DNA of 64,000 nt from an uncultured delta proteobacterium. GTDB lineage: Bacteria; Desulfobacterota; Binatia; Binatales; Binataceae. A model generated the notes under the pieces. That model was not told the origin of the DNA. It did no database searches and was given only the letters and a program-made list of their open reading frames with translations. A program made the translations under genes and the position numbers. Where the stretch lies: NCBI GenBank assembly GCA_963765675.1, contig CAVXXK010000001.1, positions 320,001-384,000 of the forward strand, written 5' to 3'. Positions 60,259-64,000 of the stretch are shown piece by piece (within the stretch, counting starts at the first letter, position 1; each line of letters starts with the position of its first letter).

Positions 60259-61515
60259 TTACGCCTTCAGTTCGACGATCTTCTCACCGCGAATGAGATC
60301 TTCATAACTCTCGCGTTCGCGAATCACGTGCGCCTGCGCTCCGTCGACCAGGATCTCGGGCGCGCGCGGACGGCTGTTGTAGTTCGACGCCATCACGAAT
60401 CCGTAAGCGCCCGCGCTCATCACCGCCAGAAGGTCGCCCGCGTTCGGCTGCGGCATCTCGCGTTCGCGCGCGAAGAAATCTCCGCTCTCGCATACCGGCC
60501 CAACCACGTCGGCGACGATCAGCTTGCCGACCTTGCGCCGATCGACCTGAATGATCGCATGATACGCCTCGTAAAGGACCGGACGAATCAGATCGTTCAT
60601 GGCGCCGTCCACAATCACGAAGCGCTTCACGTCGGTTTCCTTCATATACAATACGCGCGTGACCAGCACGCCCGCATTGCCCACCAGCACGCGTCCCGGC
60701 TCGCTGATTATTTTGAGCCCGAGTCCGCGGATGGGGCCGAGCATCGCGGCCGCATACTCCGAGGGCGGAGGAGGGTTTTCCTGGTACGGAATTCCTAGTC
60801 CACCGCCGATATCGAGATACTTGAGCTCTACGCCCGACGCGCGCAGGTCGGTCACGATGCTCTTGACCTTGCCGGCGGCTTCGGCGAACGGAGCGGTGTC
60901 GGTGATTTGCGATCCGATATGCGTGCTAAGCCCGACGATCTCGAGGTTCTTGAGTCCGCGCGCCTCCGCGTAGTACTCGCGCACTTGCGAAAGCGGCACG
61001 CCGAACTTGGAATCGCGATGCCCGGTCGAGATATGCGGATGCGTCCCGGGATCCAGATCGGGGTTGACGCGCAAACTGACCGGCGCTCGCCGCTGCATGC
61101 GTCCTGCCACCTCCGCAATGCGGTGCAGCTCGGGACGCGACTCGACATTGAGCATCAGGATGCCCGCGTCGAGCGCGGCAGCGATCTCCGCATCAGTCTT
61201 GCCGACTCCCGAGTACACGATCGTGCGAGGATCGGCGCCCGCGCGAATGCATCGCATCAACTCGCCCGCGGACACGATGTCGAACCCCGAACCCATCGAG
61301 GCGAAAAGCTTCAGGATGCTCAAGTTCGACAGCGCTTTCATCGCGTAGCAGATCAGATGATCGGTGCCGGAAAATGCTTCGTCGAAAACGCGGTAGTGCC
61401 GCCGCAGGGTCCGGGCACTGTAAACGTAAAATGGAGTTCCGACCCGCTTCGCCAGATCGGCAAGCGCAACCTCCTCGGCGAATAGTTGATCGTTTTTGTA
61501 TTCAAAGTAATTCAT
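60259..61515 (-). CDS. lysA: Diaminopimelate decarboxylase
   Basis: YAMKA, HIGSQ, GGG, EPGR, GPVCESGD, GAYG..MASNYN. Confidence 0.96.
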   Translation of the reverse strand: MNYFEYKNDQLFAEEVALADLAKRVGTPFYVYSARTLRRHYRVFDEAFSGTDHLICYAMKALSNLSILKLFASMGSGFDIVSAGELMRCIRAGADPRTIVYSGVGKTDAEIAAALDAGILMLNVESRPELHRIAEVAGRMQRRAPVSLRVNPDLDPGTHPHISTGHRDSKFGVPLSQVREYYAEARGLKNLEIVGLSTHIGSQITDTAPFAEAAGKVKSIVTDLRASGVELKYLDIGGGLGIPYQENPPPPSEYAAAMLGPIRGLGLKIISEPGRVLVGNAGVLVTRVLYMKETDVKRFVIVDGAMNDLIRPVLYEAYHAIIQVDRRKVGKLIVADVVGPVCESGDFFAREREMPQPNAGDLLAVMSAGAYGFVMASNYNSRPRAPEILVDGAQAHVIRERESYEDLIRGEKIVELKA

Positions 61516-61640
61516 GGTGTTGTACGGAAGTTGACGGCCGCGGCCGAAGCTATGACAGTGAAGGTCGGTTTTACCACAGCCGGACGCGGCGAATAAACGC
61601 CTGGCCGGGTGGCGCAGGCTGGCCTCCTAACCATGCACCA

Positions 61641-62138
61641 TCATGGAAGTGGCGCTGGAGTTGGAACGACAAAATTCTCCGGGTTCGGTGGCGGCGGCGG
61701 AATTGAGCGCACCAACGTGATCTCGTTCGACGGCTGGCTCTTGAAGCCTTTGCTCGTGATCGAAACGATCTCATAACTATAGCTCTGGCCAAGCTTCGTA
61801 TCGGAGTCGCGATAGGTGAACGTTTCCTGCTTCTGAAAACGCCCGTTGTCAGTCACTTCGACCCGCCCGATTTCCTTGTAAGCACTCTGGCCCTGGGTTC
61901 GCATAACCAGAAACGCCTCAAGATCGCGCATCGTGGCGCCGCCCGCATAGGTATCAGGTCGCCCCCAGGTAAGCTTGATTGCACCTTTTTCGGATTCCGC
62001 GCGGAGATCGAGAATTCTTTGCGGGCGCGCCATCTCGCGAGGGATCGGCGGCGACTTCACGCCACATCCTGCCCATCCTGCCGCCGCCGCGAATGCGACG
62101 ATGCTTACGATGATATACGCGCGCATCCGATTGCTCAT
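61641..62138 (-). CDS. Lipoprotein with an LptM-like N-terminal motif and a fibronectin type III-like domain
   Basis: AGCGVKSPPIP lipobox; LTW..P and YSYEI..S.PSN FN3 pattern; located between argH and lysA. Confidence 0.7.
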   Translation of the reverse strand: MSNRMRAYIIVSIVAFAAAAGWAGCGVKSPPIPREMARPQRILDLRAESEKGAIKLTWGRPDTYAGGATMRDLEAFLVMRTQGQSAYKEIGRVEVTDNGRFQKQETFTYRDSDTKLGQSYSYEIVSITSKGFKSQPSNEITLVRSIPPPPPNPENFVVPTPAPLP

Positions 62139-63533
62139 CGTTTCAACTCTTTGAGCCGCCGCCTGACGGTGCTCGGCGCGGGTCCACCGGCAACCGAGCG
62201 CCGCGCCAGTGAATTTTCCGCGCGCAGGATTTCCGCGGCGTCAGCTTTGAAGGCCGGCGAGTAGCGCCGCAGATCGCTGTGCTTCAAATCCTCGAGGGTC
62301 GCGCCGGCCGCCGCGGTTTCGCGAACGATCCGGCCGACGATCTCGTGCGCCTCGCGAAACGCAACGCCCTTCTCGACCAGGTATTCCGCCAGGTCGGTCG
62401 CGAGCGCGAACCCTCCCGCCGCCGCGCGCATCGCGTCGCGGTCGAATCGCAGAGCCGGCCAAAGCTTCGCCATCAGCCGCGTGGCGGGCTTGATCGTATC
62501 GAGCGCATCGAAGACGCGCTCCTTGTCTTCCTGCAAGTCGGAATTGTACGCGAGCGGAAGTCCCTTCAGGATCGTGAGCATCGCGACCAGATCGCCGATC
62601 ACTCGGCCGGTCTTGCCGCGGATCAGCTCGGCCAGGTCAGGATTCTTTTTCTGCGGCATCATCGAGCTGCCGGTCGAGAACTCGTCGGGAATCGAGGCGA
62701 ATCCGAACTCGCTCGAGGTCCACAGGATCAGCTCCTCGCTCATCCGCGACAGATGCACCGCCAGCAGCGCGGCGGCGGACAGGAAATCGACCGCGAAGTC
62801 CCGATCCGAAACCGCGTCGATACTGTTGGCAGTGATCCGCGCCGAACCCGAGCTCGCGCGCGACCATCGCCCGGTCGATTGGCAGCGTGGTCGCGGCCAA
62901 CGCGCCCGCGCCCAGCGGCATCACGTCAGTGCGCGCGAGAGCCTGCGCAAAGCGCTCTCCGTCACGCGTCAGCATCTCGACGTAGGCTAGCAGATGATGC
63001 GCGAGCGAGACCGGCTGCGCGCGCTGCAAATGCGTGTAGCCCGGCATGACGGTTTCAACGTGGCGTCGCGCGAGGCGGATGAGCGCAGTGCGCAATTCGC
63101 CGACGATCGCGATCACCTGGCGCAATTCGTCGCGCAGATAAAGCCGGAAGTCGAGTGCCACCTGATCGTTGCGCGAGCGCGCGGTATGCAGCTTGCGCCC
63201 CGCGTCGCCGATCTTCGCGATCAGGCGCCGCTCGATCGCGAGATGAATATCCTCGTCGCCGATATCGAATCGAAAGCGTCCGGCATCGATCTCGCGCTCG
63301 ATTTCCTTCAGTCCGCGCTCGATCGCGCGCGCTTCTGAAGCGCGTATCAGGCGCACCTTTGCGAGCATCCGCGCGTGCGCGATCGATCCGCGAATATCGT
63401 GCCGGAAAAGCCGCCGATCAAACGGCAGCGACGCGGTGAACGCCTCGACCTCGGGCAACCGCCCGCGCGCAAACCTTCCGCGGATCAGATTGGACGCGGC
63501 GCGCGCCGGCGGCTTGATTCGGATTTTCTTCAC
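62135..63533 (-). CDS. argH: Argininosuccinate lyase, +1 frameshift near 62842
   Basis: DIRGSIAH, HTARSRNDQ, PGYTHLQ; second frame STGSSMMPQKKNPD; removing one base restores GFARITANSIDAVSDRDF. Confidence 0.93.
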
Positions 63534-63576
63534 CGTCGCGAGGATGCCTTTGCGGCGAGGCGCTGCGCAAGCCGGA

Positions 63577-63753
63577 TCATTCGGAACGGCGGGTGCGGCA
63601 TAAGCATCCGCGCGCCGAGCAGCTCATGGTGCCGTCGGGGTGAACGATATGAACGTCCATTTTGTGCAGGCATTTGGGGCAATGCCCCGAGCGGATTCGT
63701 GGCACCAACTTCGGCTGCGTCTTCGGCGGCCGGAACTGGATGACCTTGCCCAA
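63577..63753 (-). CDS. 58-aa Cys/His-rich putative zinc-binding microprotein
   Basis: Translated by hand: TTG start 4 nt after the argG stop, GGAG upstream; MGKVIQF...CPKCLH....H...C.ARGCLC. Confidence 0.6.
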   Translation of the reverse strand: MGKVIQFRPPKTQPKLVPRIRSGHCPKCLHKMDVHIVHPDGTMSCSARGCLCRTRRSE

Positions 63754-63756
63754 ATC

Positions 63757-64000
63757 TCACTTCTCCGCGCGGCCCTTTGCGCTCTCGCCGCGAACGCGCG
63801 CAAGTGCGCGCAACCGCGTGCCCGCGATCCGGATGAAGCCCTCGGCGTCGGATTGATTGTAACCGCCGGCTTCTTCAAAACTCGCGATCGCCGGATCGTA
63901 GAGCGAATTTTCCGATTTGCGCCCCGCAATTGTCGCCGCGCCTTTGTACAGCTTCACTCGCGCGACTCCGTTTACTTCGCGCTGCGTGGAATCGACGAGC
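63757..64000 (-). CDS. argG: Argininosuccinate synthase, 3' part only
   Basis: [29 protein letters not shown]; lies upstream of argH. Confidence 0.9.
   Translation of the reverse strand, partial: LVDSTQREVNGVARVKLYKGAATIAGRKSENSLYDPAIASFEEAGGYNQSDAEGFIRIAGTRLRALARVRGESAKGRAEK

Noticed and set aside
63530-63760. 76-aa ORF overlapping both argG and argH by 4 nt
   Set aside because: The overlaps are suggestive, but the sequence has no motif; the alternative frame 63577-63753 has a coherent Cys/His pattern and is preferred. Not fully excluded.

Overview
High-GC bacterial chromosomal segment from a diderm organism (heptosyltransferase-like GT9, PBP1B, lipoproteins). The gene set and order would fit a Binatia/deltaproteobacterial-type lineage, but that is inference only. 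It is mostly housekeeping: cysK-larE, htpX-degP-mrcB-tsaD-rsmA-mutM, pilD-tmk-holB-ricT-metG-tatD, pyrF, dprA-topA, trmFO-ppx-HU and argG-argH-lysA-dapF-dapA. Accessory genes and repeat-rich spacers are interspersed. I found no rRNA, tRNA, CRISPR array, transposase or phage genes. Three genes (GT9, mutM, argH) each carry a single extra base, probably assembly errors. The most notable observations are: (1) an ECF sigma factor translationally coupled to an Ogt alkyltransferase fused to a C-terminal Ada zinc domain, with no anti-sigma gene and no AraC domain, a candidate sigma-based alkylation response; (2) a modular REP-like mosaic in which two MITE-like inserts sit in hairpin loops with target duplications; (3) a 58-aa Cys/His microprotein between argG and argH that the ORF track misses; (4) three tandem Gln-rich glycine-zipper lipoproteins; (5) an Lnt/nitrilase-like protein with Ser in place of the catalytic Cys and a probable CTG start.
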